From an uncultured Candidatus Saccharibacteria bacterium (GTDB lineage: Bacteria; Patescibacteriota; SICC01; CAYSOT01): a stretch of 64,000 nucleotides of DNA. This document shows positions 1 to 9,214 of this stretch, one piece after another (position 1 is the first letter of the stretch; the number at the start of each line of letters is the position of its first letter). The stretch covers positions 38,220 through 102,219 of the forward strand of contig CAYSOT010000002.1 of assembly GCA_964432765.1 (NCBI GenBank), in the 5' to 3' direction. Made by a program: the position numbers and the translations under genes. The notes under the pieces were generated by a model. That model saw only the letters and a list, made by a program, of their open reading frames with translations. It ran no database searches and had not been told where the DNA came from.

Positions 1-802
1 CACATCTAAGACACGGTTCTCCGGTACGGTGATAAACTCGTGCGTTTTTCAAATAATCCCCCTTTTCACCGCGAATTGATACATAGCTGTTATCCGACGT
101 ACCGCCGAGCTCGAGGGAGCGCAGCAATACTGTGCGAATCGCCGAAAAAAGCACCTTACGCTGAACGCTTGTTAGTGATCCGGCGCGCTTTAGCGGGTGC
201 AACTTGGCAAGATTAAGTGCTTCATCGACATAAATATTGCCAAGGCCTGCTATGAAGGTTTGATCAAGCAAAAGGGGTTTGAGCTTAGCGTTTGGACGCT
301 TATTTATGCGTTTTGAAAAATCGGCCGCAGTAAAATCATCCGCCAGTGGCTCTGGCCCAAACTTTGCCATAATTGGAACCGCCATAACATCTTCATCTGG
401 AACGAGTTTGAGGTATCCAAATTGACGAAGATCATTAAAGAACAGTTCGCTTCCATCATCAAACACAAAAATCGCGTGCGTTGTCTTGCCTGGTAGCTCA
501 CCATCTACATACGGCAGCGGGTGGCCTCCGGCAAGTTTGAGCTGTCCTTTGGTTCGAAATATGAGTTGTCCGGTCATTTTGAGGTGAATTAGCAACGTTA
601 CTCCAGTCGACAGTCTAAGTAGTATGACTTTCCCGCGTCGCTCAACTTTTATTACGCGGGCTCCGATAATCCGGGTTTTGCCCTCTGGTCCATCGTGAAT
701 AAACATTTTTTTAAGACGAACATCGAACACCTCAATACACCGACCCGGCAAAACAGTTTGCAAGCCGCGAACAATTGTTTCTACCTCCGGTAACTCTGGC
801 AT
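1..802 (-). CDS. mutM: Formamidopyrimidine-DNA glycosylase (Fpg/MutM). The 3' end is truncated by the window edge, so the C-terminal zinc finger runs past position 1.
   Basis: Hand translation of the minus strand from ATG at ~802 gives MPELPEVETIVRGL..., FNDLRQFG, LLDQTFIAGLGNIYVDEAL and a terminal C-L-R-C zinc-finger start. These are hallmark Fpg motifs, including the catalytic P2/E3. The ORF has no stop inside the window and is absent from the ORF track. Confidence 0.8.
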   Translation of the reverse strand, partial: MPELPEVETIVRGLQTVLPGRCIEVFDVRLKKMFIHDGPEGKTRIIGARVIKVERRGKVILLRLSTGVTLLIHLKMTGQLIFRTKGQLKLAGGHPLPYVDGELPGKTTHAIFVFDDGSELFFNDLRQFGYLKLVPDEDVMAVPIMAKFGPEPLADDFTAADFSKRINKRPNAKLKPLLLDQTFIAGLGNIYVDEALNLAKLHPLKRAGSLTSVQRKVLFSAIRTVLLRSLELGGTSDNSYVSIRGEKGDYLKNARVYHRTGEPCLRC

Positions 803-835
803 GCATTCATCATACGATGCCGCACACGGCGTGCT

Positions 836-1222
836 CTACGGAGCGCTTTGGGATATAAAGACCACAGTCCCGGACGAGGCGTGGTAGACAAGCTTTGTCA
901 CATCTTTGCCCTCTACTTGGGCCATCAAGGTAATCACAAAACCTGGTTTCCCGGCAGAGTCTGTTATTTTTGTTTTCTCTAGCTGCGGTCCTACAAATTT
1001 TGCGGGCACCACAGACACAACTTCGATAGTGGCATTTGAGGGTGAGCGACCAATCGCATCTGCCTTTGCCCGCTCAACGAGCCCATTTGTTGAAGCATCT
1101 GGTGTAGCAATGGGTGTTGGTGAGGAAACTGCTTTGTTTGAAGCATTACTCGCTCTCATACCTGCCCAGACGGCAACATAGACGAGCGATAGAATAAAAA
1201 CGATTATCCAGAGTCGCTTCAT
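836..1222 (-). CDS. Hypothetical exported protein with an N-terminal signal/anchor helix.
   Basis: 128-aa ORF with N-terminus MKRLWIIVFILSLVYVAVWAG. The rest is Ser/Thr/Ala-rich. Its 3' end overlaps the start of the downstream PHP gene by 4 nt. Confidence 0.5.
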   Translation of the reverse strand: MKRLWIIVFILSLVYVAVWAGMRASNASNKAVSSPTPIATPDASTNGLVERAKADAIGRSPSNATIEVVSVVPAKFVGPQLEKTKITDSAGKPGFVITLMAQVEGKDVTKLVYHASSGTVVFISQSAP

Positions 1223-2013
1223 GGCTTCACTCGTGCTTTCCTTGAAGTAAGCCTGAAGAGACGCTTTCCTGTTTCGCGAAGTTTCATCTTGGCGTAGAAG
1301 CGAACATATTTCAGGATTTCTCTGATGCGGTACTTTTTGGAAACAGCCTCTGTGGTCTTCTGTTCTATGGAACGTCGGAAGTCTTCTGCGCTTCGTCCAG
1401 GGAAGAGCGTGTATCCCTTGCCGATTGCCTCGAGAATGTGGGAGTCAGACGAACCTGTTTCAGCGCGAAAAATAATACTCCGGTTAAGTAATCTGGCACG
1501 ACGGTTTTCCCGCTTCATCACTGGAGAGGCATTTATGATTTCTACTGCGTCGAATGGCTCCTGCATCAGTACGTCTACTCCGACACCATCGGCCGTCAAC
1601 ATGTCTGGATCAATGTAGCGAAGAATCAGCAATGGATGCGCGGCAATCGCAAGCCCACCCTGTTCATGAATCCGCTTGATGGTTTCGGTTGCCGAAAGCT
1701 CCGAAGGGATCGGCTTGTCTATATAAAGCGCCAGGATGTGGCCTGATTGCGAGGTTACCTCTTGGCCAAGAATCAAATCGAAGCGGTAATTCCCTTCCTT
1801 GTAGATTTTCTCTGCCTCAAAGGCGCCCTCCATCGTGTCGTGGTCTGTAATGGCGATAACATCGAGGTCGGTATGGCTCTCAACATAGTCCAGAATCTCA
1901 CGGGGAGTAGGTTTTCCATCTGAGGCGGTGCTATGAATGTGAATATCCGCCTTACCCGCCGTCGGAATCAGCGTTGAGAATGCACGATCATGACTCTTTT
2001 TCGATTTGCTCAC
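1219..2013 (-). CDS. PHP-domain metal-dependent phosphoesterase.
   Basis: 264 aa with IHIHSTASDG near the N-terminus, then ITDHDT and AHP. This is the PHP-family His/Asp metal-ligand pattern. Confidence 0.8.
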   Translation of the reverse strand: MSKSKKSHDRAFSTLIPTAGKADIHIHSTASDGKPTPREILDYVESHTDLDVIAITDHDTMEGAFEAEKIYKEGNYRFDLILGQEVTSQSGHILALYIDKPIPSELSATETIKRIHEQGGLAIAAHPLLILRYIDPDMLTADGVGVDVLMQEPFDAVEIINASPVMKRENRRARLLNRSIIFRAETGSSDSHILEAIGKGYTLFPGRSAEDFRRSIEQKTTEAVSKKYRIREILKYVRFYAKMKLRETGKRLFRLTSRKARVKP

Positions 2014-2036
2014 CCGCTTAGTATACCGCGCGGTCT

Positions 2037-2303
2037 TTAGCTACTCGTAGCATTCCAGAGATATAGCTTGGGTGATTCGCCCTCAACTAGTTCACAATCA
2101 ATCTCTCTTAATTCCGCCATTGTGAATAATGTTCGTCTGAGAACCCATTCATTTGGAACCCCTGCTGGACTTTCTCTGAGTCTCTCCACCAAGTCATAGA
2201 ACTCTAGTTTTTCTTCGCCCAGAGCCAAAACCACTTGTACGCGCGTCTGCGGAACGAGCTCATCAAGAGCAGCCGTCAACTCTATCTTTTCCTGTTCATC
2301 CAT
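2037..2303 (-). CDS. Small acidic hypothetical protein of 88 aa.
   Basis: Complete ORF packed tightly between polA and the PHP gene on the same strand. No recognisable motif. Confidence 0.4.
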   Translation of the reverse strand: MDEQEKIELTAALDELVPQTRVQVVLALGEEKLEFYDLVERLRESPAGVPNEWVLRRTLFTMAELREIDCELVEGESPKLYLWNATSS

Positions 2304-2328
2304 AGCAGCACAGTGTATCCCAGTAAGA

Positions 2329-5139
2329 TTAGTTCGTCGCCGGGTAGGGCTTCATTTCGCCCCAGTTCTTACCAACTCGCGCGTCTGCCACGATTGGAAC
2401 AGAAAGAGTATACGCTGTTTCCATTTCAGAAATAATCCAAGGGGCGACAGATGCAATGTCTTCTTCGGGCACTTCAAATACGAGCTCATCGTGTACGGTA
2501 AGTATCATTCTTGATTGCGCAGATTGTTTACGAAGACCACGGTGGATGTTCACCATAGCCATTTTTAGAATGTCCGCCTGGCTGCCCTGAACCGGCATGT
2601 TTATCGCCATTCGCTTCGCAGCTTCCCTAACCGGGTGGGTCGATGAGTGGATTTCGGGCAAATAACGGCGACGACCAAAGATCGTTTCCACGAAACCATC
2701 TTGTTTGGCCTTGTCGATCATTCGGTCCATGTAACTCTTTAGTTTTGGATACGTCTTGAAGTAATCATCAATATAAGCGGTCGCTTCAGCGACGCTCATT
2801 CCGGTCGAACGAGCCACTCCGTGAGGGGTTGCTCCATAGAGAATTGAGAAATTCACGGCTTTCGCAGCATAGCGTTGCTCGGGAGTAACTTCTTCGATCT
2901 CCACGCCCGAAACACGTGCCGCTGTTGCCGCATGAATGTCTTGGCCCGATTTGAAAGCCTTACTAAGCGTTTCATCTTCAGAAAGATGGGCCGCAATCCG
3001 CAATTCAAATTGAGAGTAATCAGCAGCAAACAGCATAAATCCGGGATCAGTGATAAACGCCTTGCGAATTTCCCGACCCTGGGCTGTACGCACTGGTATA
3101 TTCTGCAGATTCGGATCTGATGATGAAAGCCTACCGGTTGCGGCAACTGTCTGGTTGAAACTAGTGTGGAGCCTTCCAGTGTCTTTGCGGATTAGCTTTG
3201 GGAGCGCATCAACGTAGGTGCTTTTGAGTTTAGCCAATTCTCGGTAGCGCATAATTAGCGGGACAATTGGGTGAGCATCACGGTACTTTTCGAGCTGATC
3301 AGCCGCTGTCGACTTGTGCGTCCCGCCCCGTTTAGTCATTCCTTTGCCGATGGCCAGCTCATCAAACAAGACCTTTGCGAGTTGAGCCGGGGAATTTAAG
3401 TTAAACTCGTGTCCCGCAAGAGTTTGGACTTCCCGCTCAATATCAGCAAGCTCTGAACCAAACTGGCCATGCAACGCATTCAAGAATGCCGTGTCGAGCC
3501 GTACGCCTGCATGCTCCATATCGGCAATAACCGGAATGAGCGGTAGATCAATCATATCTAAGACTCGGTCGAGCCCCGCATCTCTTAAGTCCTGGTCGAA
3601 CTTTTTGTAGAGACGCCACGTCATCTCGGCGTCTTCCGCTGCATAGAGCGCCACCTCTTCCGACGAAATGTCAGCTAGTGAGCGTTGCGATTTTCCAGTG
3701 CCAATGAGCTCTGTAATTGGTTGCATTGATTCGCCGAGCTCTTGAAACGCGAGGGTGTCGAGCTTGAGAGTTCGTGCACCCGGATTGAGCAGGTAGGAGC
3801 CAAGCAAAGTGTCAAAAATACAACCGCCTAGCTTGATTCCGTAGGCTAGCAGCACCTCATAGTCATACTTTAGATTGTGCGCCACGAGCCGCGGCGTATC
3901 TGCTTCGAGCAGAGGGCGAAGTTGATCCAATGTTTTTTTAAGAGACAACGTAGGTCCACTGGCATGCTCAAGGGCAACGTAATACCCTTCGTGCTCAGAC
4001 CAAGAAAACGAAAGGCCAATTAAATTCTGTGATATCGAATCAAGTTCACGCGTCTCGGTATCAAAGGCCACTACCTCTTGGCTAGCCAATTGCTTGATAA
4101 GCTTTTGAAGCGCTGGCTCATCGGCTACCAGATGGTACTTTTTACCTGCCCATTCACGCTTCGGAGGATCGCTTACATCCGGCTTTTGGCCGTCTTCGTC
4201 TGCAGCCACTTTGCCAAACTCACCAAGACGCTTCATCAAACTGCCAAATTCCAACTCTCCAAATAATCGCTCCGCCCGAGATCGGTCAAAGTGATGGATA
4301 GTCGAGTGCTTTAAGTCAAACGGCAGATCTACATCTGTAATAATTCGGCCAAGGTCACGTGAAAGGTACGCTTGTTCCCGGTACGTATTTAAATTTTCTC
4401 GCATCTTGGGCTTGAAAAGGGGGTGTTGATCGGGCTGCTGTGCAAGCGCATCGTAAATATTTTCAAGCGAATGGTATGTCGCGACCAGACTGGCAGCGGT
4501 CTTTTCTCCGATTCCTGGAACGCCCGGGATGTTGTCAGAGGTATCTCCAACAAGTGCTTTGTATTCCACAAATTCAGCCGCTGTCAGGCCGAGTTGTTCA
4601 TGTAGTAGTGCCGGTGTATACGTGACTATTTCTCGCCCGCCGGGACGCCATTTCAACATGTAGATAAAGACCCTCTCGCCCACAAGCTGCAGCGAGTCTC
4701 TATCTCCAGTGACGATGTATACCTCGACTTCATGATCTTCTGAGGCACGCTTAGCGAGCGTCCCGATGACATCATCTGCCTCGTACCCTGCTTGCTCGTA
4801 GATCGGTATACCGAGCGTTTCAATAACCTCGCGCACTCTACCAAATTGCGATCGCAGCTCGTCCGGCGCTTTTTGCCGTGTCGCTTTATACTCTGCAAAT
4901 TTTTCATGACGAACCGTTGGTTCGGGAAGGTCAAAAGCGGCGGCAATATAGTCGGGCTGCAAATCAGCAACCACCGAAAGCACCGTTGATGTGAATCCGA
5001 AAACTGCGTTTGTGAGCTCTCCCTGCTTCGTCGAAAGAAAAGGGATGGCATGAAATGCACGGTGCACTAATGCCATCGTGTCGATTAAGACGAGACGCTT
5101 CGGTGATGCCATAACCCTATTGTCACTAGTGTTGCGCAC
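2329..5139 (-). CDS. polA: DNA polymerase I.
   Basis: 936 aa with a 5'-3' exonuclease N-terminus (LVLIDTMALVHRAFHA). The C-terminal polymerase domain contains RRxAKxxNFGxxYG-like and YSQIELR-like segments (RYAAKAVNFSILYG, DYSQFELRIAAHLS) and a VHDE motif. The true start may be the internal Met at MASPKRL. Confidence 0.95.
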   Translation of the reverse strand: MRNTSDNRVMASPKRLVLIDTMALVHRAFHAIPFLSTKQGELTNAVFGFTSTVLSVVADLQPDYIAAAFDLPEPTVRHEKFAEYKATRQKAPDELRSQFGRVREVIETLGIPIYEQAGYEADDVIGTLAKRASEDHEVEVYIVTGDRDSLQLVGERVFIYMLKWRPGGREIVTYTPALLHEQLGLTAAEFVEYKALVGDTSDNIPGVPGIGEKTAASLVATYHSLENIYDALAQQPDQHPLFKPKMRENLNTYREQAYLSRDLGRIITDVDLPFDLKHSTIHHFDRSRAERLFGELEFGSLMKRLGEFGKVAADEDGQKPDVSDPPKREWAGKKYHLVADEPALQKLIKQLASQEVVAFDTETRELDSISQNLIGLSFSWSEHEGYYVALEHASGPTLSLKKTLDQLRPLLEADTPRLVAHNLKYDYEVLLAYGIKLGGCIFDTLLGSYLLNPGARTLKLDTLAFQELGESMQPITELIGTGKSQRSLADISSEEVALYAAEDAEMTWRLYKKFDQDLRDAGLDRVLDMIDLPLIPVIADMEHAGVRLDTAFLNALHGQFGSELADIEREVQTLAGHEFNLNSPAQLAKVLFDELAIGKGMTKRGGTHKSTAADQLEKYRDAHPIVPLIMRYRELAKLKSTYVDALPKLIRKDTGRLHTSFNQTVAATGRLSSSDPNLQNIPVRTAQGREIRKAFITDPGFMLFAADYSQFELRIAAHLSEDETLSKAFKSGQDIHAATAARVSGVEIEEVTPEQRYAAKAVNFSILYGATPHGVARSTGMSVAEATAYIDDYFKTYPKLKSYMDRMIDKAKQDGFVETIFGRRRYLPEIHSSTHPVREAAKRMAINMPVQGSQADILKMAMVNIHRGLRKQSAQSRMILTVHDELVFEVPEEDIASVAPWIISEMETAYTLSVPIVADARVGKNWGEMKPYPATN

Positions 5140-5154
5140 TCTGTCGAACTAATT

Positions 5155-5685
5155 CTATGCAGCCCGGCGCGAGGGTTCGGCTGCAAGTTGTTCCCTAACA
5201 TCTTCAAGTGCTGATGCCTCTCGCTGCGCAAGGCCTTCGCGTAACAGGGTCTCCCCAAGGTTGGTGCAGACATTGGATCGTTGATCCCGTGCCGCTTGCC
5301 AAGACAGTTCTTCTATTCTCTCGGGAGAAAGGAGAAGAAATAGATCGCGCGGGATGTCAGTGATCCTTGCAGCCTCGACAATTGCGACGCTACCACCATC
5401 ACGAAGTCGTCTATCAATCTCATCGTGCAGCTGTTTACCTGAAATCATTTCGAGCATTACGGCGCTTACTGCTATGCGAGATGCTCGAATGCTGCGGCGA
5501 TACGAAAGCTCCGTAAAGGAAATGGTGTCGGTACGACGAAGTTCGTCGCGGTAACGATCGTAGGCCGCAATGTGCGCAGACACGGGGGCTTCCACTGTGG
5601 CTGCGCCAGGTTCTAGTTTAAAAAAAGACCCGCTCTGCGGGTCATCGATCCTTCTTTGTTCACCTAATTCATGTATAGAATTCAC
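5155..5685 (-). CDS. Hypothetical protein of 176 aa.
   Basis: Complete ORF 15 nt upstream of polA on the same strand. No motif recognised. Confidence 0.45.
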   Translation of the reverse strand: MNSIHELGEQRRIDDPQSGSFFKLEPGAATVEAPVSAHIAAYDRYRDELRRTDTISFTELSYRRSIRASRIAVSAVMLEMISGKQLHDEIDRRLRDGGSVAIVEAARITDIPRDLFLLLSPERIEELSWQAARDQRSNVCTNLGETLLREGLAQREASALEDVREQLAAEPSRRAA

Positions 5686-5718
5686 TAGATCAACGGTATC
5701 ACGCTGCTCTGCAGGTTT

Positions 5719-7038
5719 CTACCTTTTAATACCGGCGAGGTGTTTCCATTCCTCCGCTGCAACGCCTTGGTCGCTCCATGGCTTCATGCCATCACGATAT
5801 GCCATGACTGTCTCGTGTCCCTTCGCCAGTAAAACAACTGTGTCGCCGGGCCGCGCCTCAGTGAGCGCCTTTCGAATCGCCAGTCGACGATCAACCTCGA
5901 CACTATAGTCAGCCTTACTCGGCAATCCAGGAAGGATTTCGTCGATGATTGCTTGTGGTTCTTCGCTACCTGGATCTTCTTCGGTCAAGATAAGTCGATC
6001 GCAGTATTTCGCAGCCGTCCGACCAAGCTCAGGTCGCTTACCTCGATCACGGTCACCCGTGGCGCCAAAAACCCCAATCAGCCTGCCCTTAGTGAGAGGA
6101 CGGAGCGTTCTGAGTACGTTGTCAAAGGCATCGGGCGTATGCGCGTAATCGACGATTATTTCAAACGGCTGTCCAACGCTCAGCGCCTCCATCCGGCCGG
6201 GCACACCTTTTACTTTGGCGATTCCTGTGGCTATTTGCTGGGGCGTTGCACCATGACCAATACCGACTGCTGCTGCAGCCAAGGCGTTTTCAACATTAAA
6301 CCTGCCGGGAAGTGCGAGGGTAAATTCAAGCTTCTCCCCTCCAAGCTCCGCCGTACATCGACTACTTGTGGGGGTTGCCTTAATGTTCGATGCAATCAGA
6401 GTTTCACCGTTGGCATGTGACTTGCCGCTTGCCGAAAAGAAAATGGTTCTGCTGGCACCAAACGATGCAAAATAGTCTGCCTCTTTGTCGTCTGCGTTTA
6501 TGACAGCGAGCGTATTTATATCCTGATTGTGCGCAAGCCCCACAAATAGTTTGCCTTTTGCTGCACGGTAGTTATCCATCGTTTTATGAAGATCCAAGTG
6601 ATCCCTGGAAAGATTCGTAAAGACTGCTGTTTGAAAGGGGACTTTCCACACTCGATTCCAGTGCAGCGCATGAGAAGACACCTCGATAACCGCGTGAGTA
6701 CATCCGGCATTGACCATCCGACGGAGTAATCGATACGTTCCAAATCGTCCAAGGGATGTCATTTTCGATTCGTTGCGCCACTTTTTATTGCCAATTTTGT
6801 AATTAATCGTCGTCGCTAAACCAACTTCAAAACCGCGCTCTTCAAGGACGCTGGCGATGAGATTGGCTGTGGTGGATTTACCATTCGTCCCTGTTACGCC
6901 AATGACGGTCAATTTTCTACCGGGAAACCGGTAGAAGGTCTCCCCAAGCACTGCGAGCCCAAAATGGTACGCCGGACGAATACCGTCTGCTAAGCGAGTC
7001 GGTACAAGTCTATGGAGCCATCGCAGAAGAGTTTCCAT
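5719..7038 (-). CDS. murE: Mur ligase, MurE-like (UDP-MurNAc-L-Ala-D-Glu to diamino-acid ligase).
   Basis: P-loop VTGTNGKSTT, plus EVSSHAL and TNLSRDHLD, which match MurE-type Mur ligase motifs. Length is 439 aa. Confidence 0.7.
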   Translation of the reverse strand: METLLRWLHRLVPTRLADGIRPAYHFGLAVLGETFYRFPGRKLTVIGVTGTNGKSTTANLIASVLEERGFEVGLATTINYKIGNKKWRNESKMTSLGRFGTYRLLRRMVNAGCTHAVIEVSSHALHWNRVWKVPFQTAVFTNLSRDHLDLHKTMDNYRAAKGKLFVGLAHNQDINTLAVINADDKEADYFASFGASRTIFFSASGKSHANGETLIASNIKATPTSSRCTAELGGEKLEFTLALPGRFNVENALAAAAVGIGHGATPQQIATGIAKVKGVPGRMEALSVGQPFEIIVDYAHTPDAFDNVLRTLRPLTKGRLIGVFGATGDRDRGKRPELGRTAAKYCDRLILTEEDPGSEEPQAIIDEILPGLPSKADYSVEVDRRLAIRKALTEARPGDTVVLLAKGHETVMAYRDGMKPWSDQGVAAEEWKHLAGIKR

Positions 7039-7077
7039 GGTTTCAGTCTAGCGCGCCTAGGCTTCGGCACCATCCCA

Positions 7078-8130
7078 TTAGCGACGTAAAATTCGCCGTG
7101 GCGCCTTTACAATGATTCGGCGAATTCGGTTAGCTGTTGTAAACGCCTTGTACGCAAGTGGTGCGACTGGTAGGTCGTATGCACCAACGAGCCTGACCTC
7201 CTGTCCAAACTTAAGCTTAAACTGGCGAAGTCCTGCCCATGGGTTTGATGGATCATCATCATGCGCAATTCCTGTCATATTGTAGTATTTGCAGCCATGT
7301 TTTCGCGCCTCCTTAATCCCTTCCCACTGAACTGCATACGAACCAAAGACATTTCGATCTTCTTCTGAAGAACCCCCGTAGAGATAAACCGCTTCAGCAC
7401 CGAAATAAGTGACCAAAATTGAGGCAACCGGCCGATCATTGGCAAACGCCGTAATAAACTCTGCCAAACCAGCCGAAATCAAATGTTTGTGGATCCCAGC
7501 AAAATACGCCTTCTCGCGGTAGGTTATCCCTTGGCGCTTTGCTGTCGACTCGAGCAATTGGTAAAAAACTTCAAGGTCTTCCTTTTTAGAACCCCGCCTA
7601 ACGACCACTCCTTTTTTCGCAGAATACCTAATGTTGTAGCGGCCCTTCTGCTTCATCCGAGCCAGGATGTCATCTTCGCTGCCAGACAGATCAACGTGAG
7701 CGACTACTGCAGCTTGCAGGTCTTCAGGTGAATCAACATAACCGTGCGACTCAAACCAATCACCTGGGAGCAGCTCTAGGGGGATATGCGGATCGACTTT
7801 CACAAAAATGGCGCCTCGTTCCCTGGCAAATTTGCCGAGAAATTCTGTAAGCGCTCTCATCGCTGTATCAGCTCTCTTTGATCCCCACTCTTCGGATAGC
7901 ACCGGCCCCTCTGGGCAATACATAAAACCTTTACCAAGTGGTAGTCGCTTTTCCAAAAGTTGTGCTTGTAAGAGGGTCTTTTTCTCGTCGACTACCTCGA
8001 CGCGGTGAACGGTCCATTCGTGTTCGTTACGAAACTCTCCCCATTCGAAGCTTTGCAAAATGCCGCCGCCATTGTGCTTGGCAAACGAGTTCCATGCCTC
8101 TCTGGTTCCCGAAAACTGTTGTACTTGCAT
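7078..8130 (-). CDS. FemAB-family peptidoglycan bridge aminoacyltransferase (FemX-like).
   Basis: Sequence similarity to FemABX-family proteins over the whole length, plus position next to murE. The ORF track extends the start to 8181. The internal Met at MQVQQFSGTREAW (8130) is the likelier start and leaves a 67-bp region for divergent promoters shared with tsaD. Confidence 0.7.
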   Translation of the reverse strand: MQVQQFSGTREAWNSFAKHNGGGILQSFEWGEFRNEHEWTVHRVEVVDEKKTLLQAQLLEKRLPLGKGFMYCPEGPVLSEEWGSKRADTAMRALTEFLGKFARERGAIFVKVDPHIPLELLPGDWFESHGYVDSPEDLQAAVVAHVDLSGSEDDILARMKQKGRYNIRYSAKKGVVVRRGSKKEDLEVFYQLLESTAKRQGITYREKAYFAGIHKHLISAGLAEFITAFANDRPVASILVTYFGAEAVYLYGGSSEEDRNVFGSYAVQWEGIKEARKHGCKYYNMTGIAHDDDPSNPWAGLRQFKLKFGQEVRLVGAYDLPVAPLAYKAFTTANRIRRIIVKAPRRILRR

Positions 8131-8197
8131 ATACCAAGTGTACGGATGAGAGGACCTACTGTCGAAGTGGCACCACATCAAACGCTACACTAGACCT

Positions 8198-9214
8198 ATG
8201 CCAGATTCTTACATTCTTGCCCTAGAAACGTCATGTGACGAAACGTCTGCGGCAGTCGTTGCCGAAAACGGTAAAGTTCTCAGCAATATCGTGTCATCAC
8301 AAATTGATGTACACCGGGCTACGGGGGGTGTGGTGCCGGAGGTAGCGTCACGATTGCAGCTTGAGATGGTCATTCCAGTTATTGACCAAGCGCTTTCTGA
8401 AGCGAAAATTACAAAAGCCTCGATTACTAAAGTAGCCGTTACAAGCGGACCAGGCCTCATCGGGCCGCTACTTGTAGGCACCCAAACCGCGGCTGCTATC
8501 GCGAGCGCTCTTGGCGTTCCGCTGCTACCTATAAACCACCTCGCTGGCCATGTTTATGCATGCCTCTATGGCAAGCGATTTTCGTTTCCCTATCTAGCAC
8601 TCGTCGTTTCTGGTAGTCATACCGAGCTAGTTAGGATGGATGATCATCATTCATTTCACATTCTCGGCTCGACTCGAGACGATGCAGCTGGGGAAGCTTT
8701 TGACAAAGTTGCGAGACTGCTTGGCATGGACTATCCAGGCGGCCCCAAGATCGCTGCGGCCGCAAAGCAGGGCAGAGCCGATGCTTACAAATTTCCCCGC
8801 GCGATGCTTAATCAAGACAACCTTGATTTCTCCTTTTCAGGTTTAAAGTCTGCTGTACGGCGGGAAGTTCTTGGCGCGAACCTTACAGAATCAATATGTG
8901 CAGATATCGCCGCCTCGTTTCAAGAAGCTGTGGTGGATGTTCTGGTTGAGAAAGCTATGCGAGCAGCTAGCCAGATGGAACCCACCGCGATTTTGCTTGG
9001 GGGTGGAGTTGCTGCAAACCAAAGACTGAGAGAGCGTTTACAAAACACGTGTGAAGCTCGAGGTCTTCCGCTCTACTGTGCGCCGCTTGAGCTGGCCACA
9101 GATAACGCAGGGATGATTGGATTAGCCGCTTTGTTTAGCGAGGTTTCCGTCTCGCCTTTTGAGATCGAAGCCGATCCTTCACGTTCGATCGATGCCGGCG
9201 CGGCAAGAGGATAA
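8198..9214 (+). CDS. tsaD: tRNA N6-adenosine threonylcarbamoyltransferase TsaD.
   Basis: N-terminal ILALETSCDETSAAVV and the HLAGH metal-binding motif, the canonical Kae1/TsaD signature. Length is 338 aa. Confidence 0.9.
   Translation: MPDSYILALETSCDETSAAVVAENGKVLSNIVSSQIDVHRATGGVVPEVASRLQLEMVIPVIDQALSEAKITKASITKVAVTSGPGLIGPLLVGTQTAAAIASALGVPLLPINHLAGHVYACLYGKRFSFPYLALVVSGSHTELVRMDDHHSFHILGSTRDDAAGEAFDKVARLLGMDYPGGPKIAAAAKQGRADAYKFPRAMLNQDNLDFSFSGLKSAVRREVLGANLTESICADIAASFQEAVVDVLVEKAMRAASQMEPTAILLGGGVAANQRLRERLQNTCEARGLPLYCAPLELATDNAGMIGLAALFSEVSVSPFEIEADPSRSIDAGAARG

Noticed and set aside
2853-5060. Multiple 60-135-aa ORFs on both strands (for example 2853..3146, 4653..5060).
   Set aside because: All are nested in polA, with no independent support.
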